Below are positions 38,742 to 50,395 of a DNA stretch of 64,000 nt, piece after piece. Every line of letters starts with the position of its first letter. The stretch's first letter is position 1. The DNA comes from Lama glama (lineage: Eukaryota), in assembly GCA_028534125.1 (NCBI GenBank), contig CM052816.1:1178001-1242000 (forward strand), in the 5' to 3' direction. Below the pieces are notes generated by a model. The model had not been told where the DNA came from. It did no database searches and was given only the letters and a program-made list of their open reading frames with translations. The position numbers and the translations under genes are program-made.

Positions 38742-40430
38742 AGCACCTTTAGCCACCCAGGGAGATCTTGGCAACCCAGGAGGTGGAGGACACCGACGAG
38801 GGGAGCTCAGCCCAGTGAAGTGCCTGGGAGGCCATCCCCACAGAGCCTCAGGGCCCTTGAACGGAGAAGGTCCATGCTCTTTTTAAATAAAACTGACCCA
38901 GCTCAAGGCAGTTAATGACATACCTCAACCAAGAGCATTCGTCTGGAGAACATTTTCCACACGTGGCTGGGGTGCAAGGGGATGGCTCGGTGGCCATCTC
39001 TGGAGAAGAGCCCAGGGGGTTGACAAAGACCTGGGACGAGGCCAGGAGACGGGGGACTGGATGCCGACCACGAGCACGGCCAGATTTTAGCATCAAAGAC
39101 TCCTTTGTGCTTTGCTGATGGCAGCTACACCACTGAAAAGGGGGGGCAGCCTGACCTGTTCTCAGGACCCCCAGTAGATGCCGTCTGGGGTGCTTTTCTT
39201 TCCCTGGCTCCATACACAGGGGCCCATGTGTGCATTCTGCCTTCCGAGGCACGGTGAGCGGCTGTCTTGCTTTTGTTGTGGAACCTAAAACCTCCTTCAG
39301 CCTTTTATATATTTTACTTGCTGCTGCTTCCCGAAGTGACCTAGCTTTCTGTTCAGTAAGATGTCTTGTTTACATGCTGCATCAGGGATTCTGTGATACT
39401 TGAAGATTCCTTAGGACTGAAAAACCATGGTGATTGACACACTGCCTGTCCCACCCCAGGGCTGTGGGTTTTAACCTGGCTTGGGACTGACCCTGGAGGT
39501 CAACCCAGAGCTCCCTTTGCAAAAGCATATGGCTGGGGAGAACCGCTTTCCAGGCTCTCGGTTCCAGGAGATTCCACGTCTTGGATGCTCTGTTCACCTG
39601 CACGACTTCGATAACCACCCAGAAGAAAAAGGTTGTTGAAAAGTAAACAAAGATTTAAAACCAATAAACCCCACCTCCCTTCATCACACGCTTTCTAGTG
39701 CATAAGATTAAACCCAGCCTCGGCTTGGTGTTTGGCTCAGAGCAAAGGATCGTAATGTGGGATGAATGCCTAATGCCAACTGGATTTGGGGAGTGGGGGG
39801 TGTGCCGGGTCTGTGCCCCCACCGACAGCTGATTGGATTGAAAGCCAGCATTTGGGTTTCTGCAGTGAGAGGGCTCTCGGGAAGACCCTCGGAGCCATGT
39901 GCAATATGTTTTATCCTGACTCGTGGCTTGTGCTCAGTATGTTTCATTTTTTGGTTGGTTTGGGGTCGGGGGATACATTGTTTGTGCGCTAGAACTGGGA
40001 GGTGCAAAGAACCACAGAAGCGTCTTTTTTGTTTCTTTTTTTAAAAAAGAACCCATCTTGGATTTCTTGGCTTGTTTGCCAGTCCAGGAGGCTGGCAGGG
40101 AAGCTGCCGGGAGTCGGATCCGAAGGCGGTTTTCCGAGCAGACAGAAGGCTCAGCGTGGAAGTTGAGTCAAGAGGAGACGCTGGACGCGGACAGGCTGGG
40201 GCCACTTTGTCACACCAGCATAGGAAAGTGCACGTTCGTTTGTTGTTTTTCTCTTTTTTCTCTTTGCCCAGCCTCTTATTTATATGCAACTGGTTTGGAT
40301 TCCAAGTTACTGTGTCTGTTCTGAGGCTGGGCGCCTGTGAGCCCCCCCCCACCCCAAGTAGAGCCTCACAGCCAGCCCAGCCCCCAGAAAAAGCGGTCCC
40401 GCAATAAACGTATCACCTGTTTCTTCCTGG
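38742..40430 (+). other. CCNJL: CCNJL 3' UTR (distal end inferred)
   Basis: Repeat-free sequence after the stop codon. AATAAA at 38886, 39663 and 40403; the last is followed by a pyrimidine-rich stretch and then interspersed repeats. Confidence 0.7.
40403..40408 (+). terminator. CCNJL: Probable main CCNJL polyadenylation signal
   Basis: gcAATAAAcgtatcacctgtttcttcc. Confidence 0.65.
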
Positions 40431-40787
40431 CCTCCTCTCAGCCAGCCCTCCCTCGTTCTTCCACGTCACCCCCGCGGGGCTGAGAGGTTATGGGGGGAGG
40501 GTGACAGCAAGACTGGCTCCTGCCCTCTGAGCTGGCCTCCCGGGGACATGGGCTGGGCAGCAGGGGTGAGTGAGGCTTGACATCCCAGCTCTACCACTGA
40601 ATCGGGCAGGTTCTCCAGAAAAACAGAACCCATTATATAGGTAGTGAGAGAGATTTATTTTAAGGAAATTGGCTGAACATTGCATGAATGCCTGGATTAG
40701 GGTCAGGGTGAAGGTTCCACTTCCTCATGCCCTCTGGGTTCGAGGTCCAGCTCTCCAAAGCCATCTGTTCTGTCGTCTGAAATATAT

Positions 40788-41001
40788 CAGTGATTCTCAG
40801 CAGGACTCACTTTTGCCCCCCTGGGAATACTTGGTGACGTCTGGAGGTATTGTCCGTTGTCACAGTCGGGAGAGGGGCATGGCTGGCATTCCGTGGGTAG
40901 GACCCAGGGCTGCTGCTCCACATCCCACAGTGCACGGGACAGCCCACGGTAATGACCTGACTGGCCCCAAGTGACGACGGTGCCCAGGCTGAGAAACCTC
41001 A
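40788..41001. mobile_element. MER20 (hAT-Charlie) fossil
   Basis: cagtgattctca...ttttgccccc...gtctggag...catcccacagtgcacgggacagccc...gctgagaaacc. Confidence 0.8.
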
Positions 41002-43274
41002 GCTCCTGCATCACCTCCCAGAGAGGGCTCTGTCACTCCCCTAGGCTCCCTCCTTGCCCCCTTTCATTTTCTTCATAGCTGTGAAATCACCTGGAGTGAT
41101 CTTGTGAGTTTGTTTACTGGGTTTGACGGCTGTGCCCTAAGCCACCCCCAGCCAGTACAACATATACAACATCACCGCCTGGTGACGGTGGCTCTGATCA
41201 CGCACTTGGCATTTATTAGCCATTTGCAGTCTGTAATTCACTATGCTAAGGAATTTGCTGATATTATGTCTTATAATCATCCTAATAACCCTACAAGGTA
41301 GGAACTATTATTAGCTGTATCTTACAGGTCTGAAAACGGGCACGGAGAGCTTCTTTGCCCAAGGACAGCAATAGTGAAGGAAGGAGCCACAGCTGAAACC
41401 CAGCCAGCCCAGAGCTGACGCGCTGCCCCGAGGTGCCTCAGTCAAGGGTTTTGAATGAGCGCAAGGCTCCAGCTGGTGGTACCACTCACCTGGTGGAGAG
41501 GACGTGACAGGATGATGGATGTGGGTTTGTAAAAAAGCTGCCAGGCATTCATGCTGCTTTTTTACAGGGGTGTGGGGGTTCTCAGCGTGCGCAGCAGCAG
41601 ACAGAAATACAGCAACATAGCTTTTCGTACATCTGCCACAGGCTGACAGGATTTACTGCTCCTCCTGTCTGCCCCCAACCGGCTGTGATCTGGGAGGGGG
41701 TCCCCAAGCCCCATCTGTGAAGGTGAAAATCTGGGACCAGGCTTGGGGCTTCCCCAGAGCATCCCCTGGGAGAGACCCCACCTCTGGGCTGGCTCTGGCA
41801 ATCCCTGGCACCAAATTCTTGAGAAAGACTCTCACCAGCCTCATTAACCTCATTCTCTGTTTCTCAGGCAAGCCCTTTGTGATGAATTTCAGCAGAAAGG
41901 CCATAGCATTTGGCAGGAGTCTCAAATCCACATGCCCATCAGGACCAGGCGGGTAACGTAGTGAGTGAATCAGCCAGATGATGGAGACAATGTGATGGGG
42001 TGGGGCCTACTGAAGCCTGTGTTAAAGTACTGCCTTTCAGGGATCTCATCTCTGTGCTGCCACAACTTCAAATTCCAGAGAAACTGGAAGGACACTTTCT
42101 AGGAAATTAACGTTTCATGATTTAAAGAATTAAATTTAAAAATTTTGTAATGCAACAGAAGACACACAGGTTAGAGTGGTTCTCAGGCTGGAAACTTGCA
42201 ACCTTTAGTATATAGACTAGAACGTTGGGCCTAACAGGTGGAAGGTCTGAGTTTGCTCATAGCAAACTGAGAAAAGCTGCTTCTCCACTCTGAGCCTCCG
42301 TCTCTTCATTTATAAGGTGGGAAGGCCGTCAGTCTGAACTATATACTTCAGGTTTATGATAAGAAAGCCTAGAATGTATGGAATCATTATTCAGCGGGGA
42401 GTTCTGTGAGGAATATTGTCAATAAGAGGGCCCCTTTCTTTTTTGGGGAGGCTCAGGTGAGCCCCAGAGCTTCATCTCCCTCCAACCCAGCTCTCGCTCT
42501 AAAGGAAGAGCTCAAGTGGTCTTGCTTCTGCTGGCCCAGCTCCGACCAGTGTCCAGTCCCCAGCCCTTGCCAGAGCCATAGCAGGCAGCACACACTGGAT
42601 GTCAGGCCTCCTGCTGCTCCCCAGCTGTGTGGACGTGGGCAGGGCATTCCCCTTTTCTAGATCTCAGTTTTCTTCGTCTGTAAAATGGGAGGGTTTGGCA
42701 CTGTCTCCAAGGTCATCATACCTGGCTGCAGAGCACTTCAGAACAGTGGCAGCTCCCTGGTCTTCGTACCTGAAGTGTCCCCACTTCTGCAGGTCTGCGG
42801 TGGGTCCTGGGCTGTCCTTTTAATAAGACCCCCAGGAAATACACGTGCACAGCCAGGTTTGGACACGTCTCCCTGCCCTGAAAGCTCTGACCCAGTGTGT
42901 GCTGGTTCTCACCAGTAGAACCACCAAGAAAGGCCCTGTTTAGTGAGCACTTACTGTGCTCCACGCCCCGTATTTGACACTTTCCTCATGCTCTCTTATT
43001 CCCCCTGCTCTTCTTTTTTGTCCCCATGACAACATCATGAGCTAGGATTATTATCACCATTTTCCAGATGAGAATACTGAGGTTCAGAGAAACCCAAGGT
43101 CTCACCATGGGCAGGTGGTGCGACCAGATTTCACAGTCAGATATGCATTTTCACCCCTAGAGGACACACATCCCTACACCAAGGTACAGTCACTCAGGAT
43201 TTCACTGCACGCCCCCCACCTCCCGCCAACGTACACACCTTGGTGTCTGTCCATGGGGCCACAGGTGGGTGGTG

Positions 43275-43293
43275 GGGCGCCACCTAGCGGTGG
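43275..43293 (-). promoter_or_regulatory. CTCF-binding motif (candidate insulator)
   Basis: Plus strand GCGCCACCTAGCGG = CCGCTAGGTGGCGC on the minus strand, a close match to the CTCF core CCASYAGRKGGCRS. Confidence 0.75.
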
Positions 43294-44717
43294 TCTTTAG
43301 AGACGCTTTGAGAAGCTCTCGTTTGACCAGATGTGCTTGGTGGGAGAGAAATTGTCACCCTGGCAGAGTGGCAGAGATGGCTCTCAAGGGCCAGGTGAAG
43401 GGCACCTGAACTGAGCGGGGAGTCCCTTCAACACCTTGACCAGCGCAGCAAAATGGTGACGCTCCTGTAACTTTCTGGAGGCCACTAGCATGGATTTTTA
43501 CCCTTAATCTTTGCAACTCGTCTGTGACCCAAGAAGGGAAGGTCTTATGAGCCTGTTTTACACACGGACAAGACAAGACTCCGAGAAATACTGCGGCTTG
43601 CCCACGTGCCTTACAGGTAAGCGGAGGCGGTGCTCCTAACATTTCATCACACTGGCTTGAGGATGGCGGTGGTGATGGAGTGGAGGTAGCAGTGGCTCCT
43701 GTTTAATTCGCAGCATGACAGCTCTGTTAGGTAAGTACAGTCATTATTTCCACTGGCAGGTGAGGAAACTGAGGCTCAGAGAAACGGATGAACTCACCCC
43801 AAGGTGACACAGCTTCTAGGTGGTGGAAGAGGGATTTGAACCCTGGCAGTGTGACTCCAGGGTTGAAACTCTTAACTGCTGTCCCTTCTACTGGCTGAGG
43901 AAGCCGCTCTTCCCAGACACCAGCAAAACGGATGCTGCCTTCCAGCTCAGCTCACTCCACTTACCTGTAAGCTGAACAGAGAGACTGTGCCTCCATCAAC
44001 CAGTGACCCCACATCACTCTCCAGTTCTTGCTCTGCTGTGTGACCTTAGATGAATTTCTTGTTTCTGAGCCTTGGCTTCCATATCTGTGAAATACAGAGT
44101 TTAAACTAGTTGGGCTGTGAGGGCCTTCTGTTCCATGAATCTGACTTCTATAACAGAATTTCTCCCCTGCCAACAATTTGAATTTGTCCTTGAATCGGTT
44201 ACCAGAGTGAAAACAATCTCTCTCTCCCACTCCTCTTTTTCTTCTCTACTCTTTCTCTTCTCCCTTCCTCCTCCTCTCTCTCTCTTTCTCTCTCAATTTT
44301 CAGCCTAATTATGGTTAACTCTCTGTTGTTTAGAGGCTTATTATCCAAGCTCATTATGAGTAATTATTCAGTCTGGAGGGGAAACAGCAACACTCCTAGT
44401 TTAATTTAATGCTTACCTAGTTCACTTAATTCGCAATAAGTCTTGGCAAAATGATGGGATTTGCAGGGTCCTGCTTGGTGGGTGGGTGTGGGAGGCTGAG
44501 CGCTGTTCCTGGAAAGATAAACAAGTTCCAGGGCAGAACGTGGGAGGAGGCCAGGAGCAAGCTGCCAATGACCTGGGCTGTGCTATCTGTCCAGGCCAAG
44601 GCTGGCCCCTGAGAGTGGAGGGCCATTACATGGGCTGCAAGGACTTGAGATCAGGTAGCACTTATTCAGCACATGCTGTGTGGGACTTGTATATTCAAGA
44701 TCATTTAGATAATCTGC

Positions 44718-45110
44718 TCTTTTTTGTTTTTTTGTTTTTTTACTATGTAAGTTTCAGGTATACAGCATTATAATTCAACCTCTGCATACTCTGCAGAGTG
44801 ATCACCACCACAAGTCTAGTTACCACCCATCACCATACAGTGGACCCCCTTCACCATTTCGCCCAATACCCAACCCCCTTCCCCTCTGGTAACCACTAAT
44901 CTGTCCTCTGTGTCTATGAATTTGTTTTGTTTCAGTTTGAAATCATACGATACTTGTCTTTCTCTTTCTGACTTACTTCATTTAATATAATATCTTCAAG
45001 GTCCATTCATGCTGCAAATGGCAGGATTTCATTCTTATGTTTATGGCTGAATGGTCCACTGTGTGTGTATACCATATCTTCTTCATCCACTGATGGACAC
45101 TTAGTTTTAC
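44718..45110 (-). mobile_element. LINE-1 3' end fragment
   Basis: gtaagtttcaggtatacagcattata...ttcccctctggtaaccactaatctg...gctgcaaatggcaggatttcattc. Confidence 0.8.
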
Positions 45111-46366
45111 TCTGATAGTGAGTGTATTCTCTTCCAGGAGTTTTGTAGGAATTTTGATTAGGGTGGGAGAGAGTTTCCCATTTGATACTGTGGGTCTTGC
45201 ATGTCTCTCTCACCCTTTTCATGAAAGGAGGCCCTGATCTCATGACTTTGGGCAACAGAATCCAACTAGAAGTCAGTATTGTTCAGCTCTGACTATTTTA
45301 ATAGTTTTAATCTATGTGGCAAGTGATGCTGGCTTTCCATGTACAGAAGTGATGTAAAGTTTTCACTGGAGTGAAAAATAATTGAATTGTCATAGAGAAA
45401 AATATGTAGGAAAAAGCAGTCAGGGTGGTACCCAGATGGGGAACACTCCCAAGGAGAGAAGAGAATGAAAAAAGTCCTGCCCAGTGCTCTGGGTTAGGGA
45501 TTCTCCAGCCAGTGGACGAGCAGGCCTCCCTTCTCCTCTCCCGTGCCCTGGGACTGATCGGCAGGGGTGTCTGCTAAATCTTAATGCTGCCCCAGAATCC
45601 CTCCCAACTCAGGGCTCCAGGCACCTACCAGGGAGTCGTAGGGGGCCTTCTGACCACTTTCCCAGCCCTCCGCAGCCTTCTCCAAGTTTCTCCCAGGCCC
45701 CCCGGCCAAGCCCTACTCGTTCAAACCATGAAGCCTCAGTCCTTCCTGGCACTCCCATAGACCCTTTGCCATCTCATAGACTGTCATTTCCCCTCAGTCC
45801 CTCATCGGTCCTCCTGGCCCCCTCGTATACCAGCAGGTAAACTGAGGCCCAAAGGAACGACTCCACAGCCAGTGATCAGAGAGCCACAGCCGTGCTGAAA
45901 CAGCTTCTCTGGCTAAGCCCTGCTGCGTCCACCCCCGGGTCTGCGCGGCCTTGGAGCCCAGCAGCGGGGGGCCCTGTCCTGGAAGCACCACTCCTGCTCC
46001 CACCCCCTTTGATACACCTGTCCCGTGGCCCATCTGAGAGTCAGTGTGTCACCCCTCCCAGCTGACGTTTGTCTTTTTAAAGGGCAGCCTCCACCCAGAG
46101 TGTTGGGTGGCAAGCTGGGGTGAGGAGTTCACAGAAGTGCCCATGGTCGCTGCCTTCACCCTCCCCCGGGCGTGTCTGGAGTTTCCCGTCCACATCCAGG
46201 TCTCCCTCTGCCAGGACACAGATCCCACAGGGATCCCAGGGCCAAGATGTGGCCGTCCTCAGGGGTTTCCCACTCCCACCCAGCCAGAACTGCCCCGAGA
46301 CACCAGAGAACAAAAACAAAGACAAAGAGGTTCTGAAGCAAGCAGAATGTCTCTTGTTACACCAGC

Positions 46367-46372
46367 TTTATT
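46367..46372 (-). terminator. FABP6: FABP6 polyadenylation signal (AATAAA)
   Basis: tttatt on the + strand, 38 nt past the stop codon. A GU/U-rich downstream element follows on the - strand. Confidence 0.9.
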
Positions 46373-46410
46373 GGTGGCTTGGTGGCCCCTGCAGAGCCCT
46401 GCCCACTAGC

Positions 46411-46464
46411 TCAGGCCAGCTTCTTGCTCACGCGCTCGTAGGTCACGCCTCCAAAGGTGGAGAT
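46411..46464 (-). CDS. FABP6: FABP6 exon 4 (54 nt including TGA)
   Basis: cttcttccag|ATC TCC ACC TTT GGA GGC GTG ACC TAC GAG CGC GTG AGC AAG AAG CTG GCC TGA (ISTFGGVTYERVSKKLA*). Confidence 0.96.
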   Translation of the reverse strand: MSTFGGVTYERVSKKLA

Positions 46465-47227
46465 CTGGAAGAAGCAGCGGGGACAGAGAGAGTCAGTGCG
46501 GAGGCCCCAAGGTGCGCATGGGCACAGCTGACGGTAGACCAGCTTCCAGTCCCAGCCCTGAGTGGAAGTCAGTCTGCTGCACCACTTCTCTGGGCCTCAG
46601 TTTTGTGATCTGTTACAGGACCCACTGTGCAGACTCAACGTGGCCAAAGTGCTAAACAGATGTCAGGGTGATGTGGCTCTTTGTGGGATAACTGTCCACC
46701 TCTGTCCATTTCAGTTCACCCGTGCCAGGCGCTTCCCTTGCAATATCCTGTTTAGTCCTCCCAACGGTGAGGTGTGCCCATTGTACAGATGCGGAAACTG
46801 AAGGTTATGGAAGTCAGTGACCCCCTCAGGTCAAGGGACCTCAGTGTCTGCAACATTTAGCATTTAAGGGGCACCTGTGCTCAGTGATGGGAAGATACGG
46901 TCCCTGCAGTGACCCGAGGGTGGGCACTGGATTCAGACTGCCAAGCGCCAAGTCCCTGCTCTGTCAAAAAAGCTCTCTGTCCTCTGGCTAATCATTTAGC
47001 CTCCCCCTGCCTCAGTCTCCTCACCTGCAAAATGGGGATACAAATCCTTATCTAACAAGGTGATTGTGAAGATAAATGAGATCATGGGCACCCAGCGCTC
47101 AGCACAGAGCCTGGCCCATGGGGAGTTCCCGTGAAGCCAGCTGCCCAGAGGGCCACATCTCAGGGACCGTGGCTGGGGGCAGAAATGCAGTCTGATCGAT
47201 TGTGCCGGGAACCAGCAGGACACTCAC

Positions 47228-47317
47228 CTCCACCAGCTTGCCATCCACCATCTCCGCGGTAAAGTGGTAATGGGGGGAGTCCACCACCACCTTCCCACCC
47301 TCCATCCGCACGGTGGC
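47228..47317 (-). CDS. FABP6: FABP6 exon 3 (90 nt)
   Basis: ttccag|GCC ACC GTG ... GTG GAG|gtgagt. Encodes [30 protein letters not shown]. Confidence 0.96.
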
Positions 47318-48079
47318 CTGGAAGAGAAGCATGACACAGCTGGAATTACAGAAGCCCTCCCCCCAGACGCAGACCAGCCCCTTGGGGATGAGGGGTCTGC
47401 CTGCAGCCCCAGCAATCCCCCTCTTGGAATTCATTTGCCTTATAGAGATCCAATTTACATATATCCAAAGATATAGATAACTTGTGCATGATACCGGACC
47501 TCACTGTGCCTCAGTTTTCTCATCTCTGAAATGGGGGTAGTAACTGTACCTTCTTTGTAGAGTTATTATGAGGATGAAGTGATTTACTGTGATATATCTA
47601 AAGTGCCTGGAGCAGTGCCTGGCTTGGGGTTGAGGACTGCTTGTTAACTAGGGAGTCAGTTAAGAGCATCATTGTTAGAATGAAGCCGATGTCACCCAAG
47701 GGTGTTAATGAATGAACAGCCTAAATATCCAGCCTAGGTTATCCACCGGTGACTAACCTACACGTCTCTCAGTGAGGGGGTGGTAAATAAATGACAGCAT
47801 CTCTGTACTGTAGGATCCTGTACCACCATTAAAAAAGAATAAGGCAAGTCAGCATGTGCAGACACAAAAAGATGTCCATGATAAGCTGTCAAATTTCTTA
47901 AACACCCAAGTGACAGAATATGACTATTATGACTACTTGTCCTCCCCCTCGGCAGCCTGAGAAACCAGATACACTGGTGGCAGGGCTGGGGGGCCGACAA
48001 AGAGGACCCAGAGCCGGTGGAAGCCCTGAGGGGCCGGTCTGGGTTGGAGGGGGATGAACAGCCCCCTTTCCCCACTTCC

Positions 48080-48237
48080 TTTTTTTTTTTAATGTATTAC
48101 TGTATTATGCAATTTTTTTTAAACTTGGGAGGAGGTAATTAGGTTCATTTATTTTTAGAGGGGGGACTGGGGATTGAACCCAGGACCTCATGCATGCTGG
48201 GCATGTGCTCTACCACTTGAGCTATACCCTCCCCCCC
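48080..48237 (-). mobile_element. tRNA-derived camelid SINE in FABP6 intron 2
   Basis: ggggattgaacccaggacctcatgcatgctgggcatgtgctctaccacttgagctataccct. TSD cccctttccccacttcct. Confidence 0.9.
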
Positions 48238-48780
48238 TTTCCCCACTTCCTCACTTCCCAGGATTTCAGGTTCAAACCCAGATGAGTCTGATTCTAGGGC
48301 CTGGGCGATTAATCTCTAGGCCACACTGGAGGCATCATAAAAATGTGCTCATGCTCTCTGGAGCCGGACGGGTGTGAAGGCCTGCCCCTGCCGTGGGGTC
48401 CGGGCACTGTTTACTGATCTTGTGACTCAGCTCAGCTCCCCTGTCTGCAGGATGGGATCAGCGTTGTGGCGACTTCATAGGCTTAGCTGCTTTAAGGTGT
48501 GTGACGGATTCAGCAGGTGTCTGGGATGTACGCGTGAAGGGTTCAGCAAGCGTTAACGGTTTTTTACTGTCTTTATCGTGTTCATTATTGACAGTAGCAT
48601 TAAAAACCAGGCGTGGCTAAATTGCCTGTAACGAGCAAGGAATAACGCCGGCTCTTAAAGCTGGAGGCTGGACTGGAAAAGAAGCCTCAGCTCAGGGAGC
48701 AGCCCCTGGGGACATGATTGGGACAGAGGAGTGGGCCAGAGGCCTGGGGAAGGGGGGGTGGCCAGCCAGCGGCCTCTCAC

Positions 48781-48956
48781 CTTGAACTTTTTGCCCCCGA
48801 CGGTCTCCATGTCGCACTCCTTGCCCACGGTGAGCTTGTTGGTGATGGAGTGGCCCCCGGGGTAGAGCTGGGACCAGACGAAGTCCTGCCCAGACTGCTG
48901 CACCTCCGTGATGGTCTTGAAGTTGCGGCCCTTTTCAATCGCGTCGCTGGGGAGCC
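48781..48956 (-). CDS. FABP6: FABP6 exon 2 (176 nt)
   Basis: cccag|GG CTC CCC AGC GAC ... AAG TTC AAG|gtgaga. Encodes (G)[58 protein letters not shown]. Confidence 0.96.
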
Positions 48957-49101
48957 CTGGGCCCGGGGACAAGCAGAGCGGCTGTGTCAGCGCTGCCTAC
49001 AGCCTGTGGCTTTGGGAACGAGCTTCCCCCCGTCCCCCAACCCCTATGGCGCAGGCTAGACTGACAGTTAAGAGCACAAGTCCCAGTTCTGCCATTCTAG
49101 T

Positions 49102-49198
49102 CTTTTTTTTTTTTCTTAATGGAGGTACTGGGGATTGAACCCAGGGCCTTGTGCGTGCTAAGCATGCGCTCTTCCACTGAGCTGTACCCCTCCCCGCC
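49102..49198 (-). mobile_element. tRNA-derived camelid SINE in FABP6 intron 1
   Basis: atggaggtactggggattgaacccagggccttgtgcgtgctaagcatgcgctcttccactgagctgtacccctcccc. Confidence 0.9.
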
Positions 49199-50212
49199 CC
49201 AAGTCCCAGTTGTGTTGTAAGCCATGTGGCTTGGGCAGGTCACTACGTCTCCAAGCCTCAGTGTTTTCCTGGAGATAATGTGCCCATTTCACAGGACTGT
49301 TGCAAGGACTGAATTACCATGACTGTCTTGGAAAGCTCTGGGCATACAGTAAACATTAAATAGTAGCTGCTCCTCAGATAGTCGTATAAAAACAAATAAC
49401 AGAAGTTCGCCAAGCTCACAAAGTTCTAGGTGGATGGGACCCTCGAAGCTGTCTTCTAATGCTCTTGTTTGATAGGTAAGGAAATGAAGACCCAGAGTGG
49501 GAAGGGACCTCTGTGGATGAAGCCACGTCACTGTTCCTTCAGGGCCAGTCCCAGTAACTGACTTGGAAGCCCTCTTGGCTCCCCAAGGCCCCGGGGCACA
49601 CTGGCCCCGCTCTTGGGGGCTCCTCTGCCGTCAGGAGGCAGGGAGGGCCCCGGTCCCTTGGGGCCGTCTGCCAGGTCTAGACGACCGTGCTGCCTCACAC
49701 TTGGCTGCGCACCAGAAGTCCTGCTCACTGTCACTGGTTCCTCACAGCCAGAGTTGCAAATCAAGCAGTCGGAGGAGTGAGGTCCTTGATCTCTGCCCAC
49801 AGTGCCTAGCTCCGTAAGAGGCCCATGTTTGCCGAACGACTGAGTGAACAAGTGGCTTGTCTCACCTGGTCTCTGCGCTCACCCTTTGGTCACCTCTCCC
49901 CAGGCAGGATGTGGTGACACCACTCATCTCATCATTGGGCCCTCGGGGTCTAATGACCTCTGCCACTGGTGTGCAGTGTCACCTTGGGCAAGTCTTGCAG
50001 AGGTGCCCCGTCCGTAACACTGGGTTGGCCCATGCATATAGCAGGTGTTCGATGAATATTTGAATGAATAAACCAATCAAGCCTCCACCTCACCAGCGAC
50101 TAGCTGTGTGACCTTGCTCTAGTCACTCAACCTCTCTGGGCCTCAAGGGGTTTGGGTTTCGGGCACAGAGCCAGCCAGGACAGCCCAGCCCTGGGAAGGT
50201 GTTCTCACTCAC

Positions 50213-50279
50213 CCAGACGCTGCATGAACTCGTCGTAGTTCTTCTCACTCTCGGTCTCAAACTTGCCGCTGAAAGCCAT
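50213..50279 (-). CDS. FABP6: FABP6 exon 1 coding part (67 nt); gastrotropin/ileal bile acid-binding protein, 128 aa in total
   Basis: agcATGGCTTTCAGCGGCAAG ... CTG G|gtgagt encodes MAFSGKFETESEKNYDEFMQRL(G). Exons 67+176+90+54 = 387 nt, the canonical four-exon iLBP/FABP structure. Confidence 0.97.
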
Positions 50280-50358
50280 GCTGCCGGGAGAGCTGGAGGC
50301 CCAAGAGCAGAAGAATGAGGAGGAAGGTCTGTGATGCTGAGAGGTCCGGGGCCTCGGC

Positions 50359-50365
50359 TTATAAA
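50359..50365 (-). promoter_or_regulatory. FABP6: FABP6 TATA box
   Basis: TTTATAA on the - strand, about 80 nt upstream of the ATG; implies a TSS near 50335. Confidence 0.75.
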
Positions 50366-50395
50366 CTCTCCCAGATGCTGAGGGTCAGCACCCAA

